Assembly: GCA_013265495.1 (NCBI GenBank)
Contig: MU058065.1
Coordinates: forward strand, 1,896,364-1,959,993
DNA: 63,630 nt
Source of the DNA: Vicugna vicugna
Lineage: Eukaryota
Reading direction: 5' to 3'
Positions 63,201 to 63,630 of the stretch are shown here, in pieces. The notes under the pieces are model-generated. The model was not told where the DNA came from, did not search any database, and saw only the letters and a program-made list of their open reading frames with translations. Numbering within the stretch: the stretch's first letter is position 1; each line of letters opens with the position of its first letter. The position numbers and the translations under genes are program-made.

Positions 63201-63630
63201 TCTGGTGGTAGAACTGGATGACAAATGGCATTTCTGCCCTTGAGGGAGATTTTTCCCTCTGTAGCTTCACTTAGAAGATTAGGAGCTTGAGTTTATCTAG
63301 GGAGCAGCTGGTGGCATGCTCTCACTGTAGCAGCTCTTAGCATGGTACCTGTCAATTAGTTCTTGATAAATGCTAACTTCATTCCACCCATTAATAACAG
63401 CATTCACTTAGAAGACAATGGTTTGGGTCCTCCCCATTCTGTATAGTTAACAGCCCTGCATACGAACCCAAGCAGTTGCATTAGTCTCGTTACACCATGC
63501 TGTAGTCAACATTATCTAGAAACTTTGATTTATGTGCTAACCAGTATATCTTGAAATAAGGTTTAAATTAATGATCTATTAAATTCCTGCACTCCTTTAA
63601 AGTCCCATTTTTCCTACCTTTTTTTTTAAA

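Noticed and set aside
59400..63630. Possible downstream gene
   Set aside because: No recognisable coding exons, CpG island or RNA gene; short ORFs look random

Overview
Mammalian genomic DNA containing most of the Cullin-3 gene (CUL3) on the + strand. It is very probably from a camelid, judging by the Vic-1-like tRNA-derived SINEs and lineage-type L1 3' ends. The window starts inside intron 2 and holds coding exons 3-16 (human numbering): 2043 nt, about aa 89-768, all GT-AG, frame intact, TAA at 56689-56691. A long AT-rich 3' UTR with several candidate polyA signals and downstream flank follows. The introns are mostly eutherian repeats (L1, L2, MIR, MLT1, MER5/MER58, Tigger) plus younger SINE/L1 insertions with visible target-site duplications. 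I found no convincing wholly new biological system. The observations most worth following up are: (1) a triple-AATAAA cluster just after the weak exon 14 donor, a candidate intronic polyadenylation site that would give a CUL3 lacking the neddylation lysine; (2) a sharp GC3 spike confined to exon 14; (3) a 240-bp L1 insertion joining an L1 3' end to an inverted ORF1 fragment; (4) a diverged ~60-bp local duplication across an L1/MIR junction; (5) a strong cryptic acceptor upstream of exon 4. Exon coordinates were read base by base. Repeat family names and boundaries are from visual recognition and are approximate.
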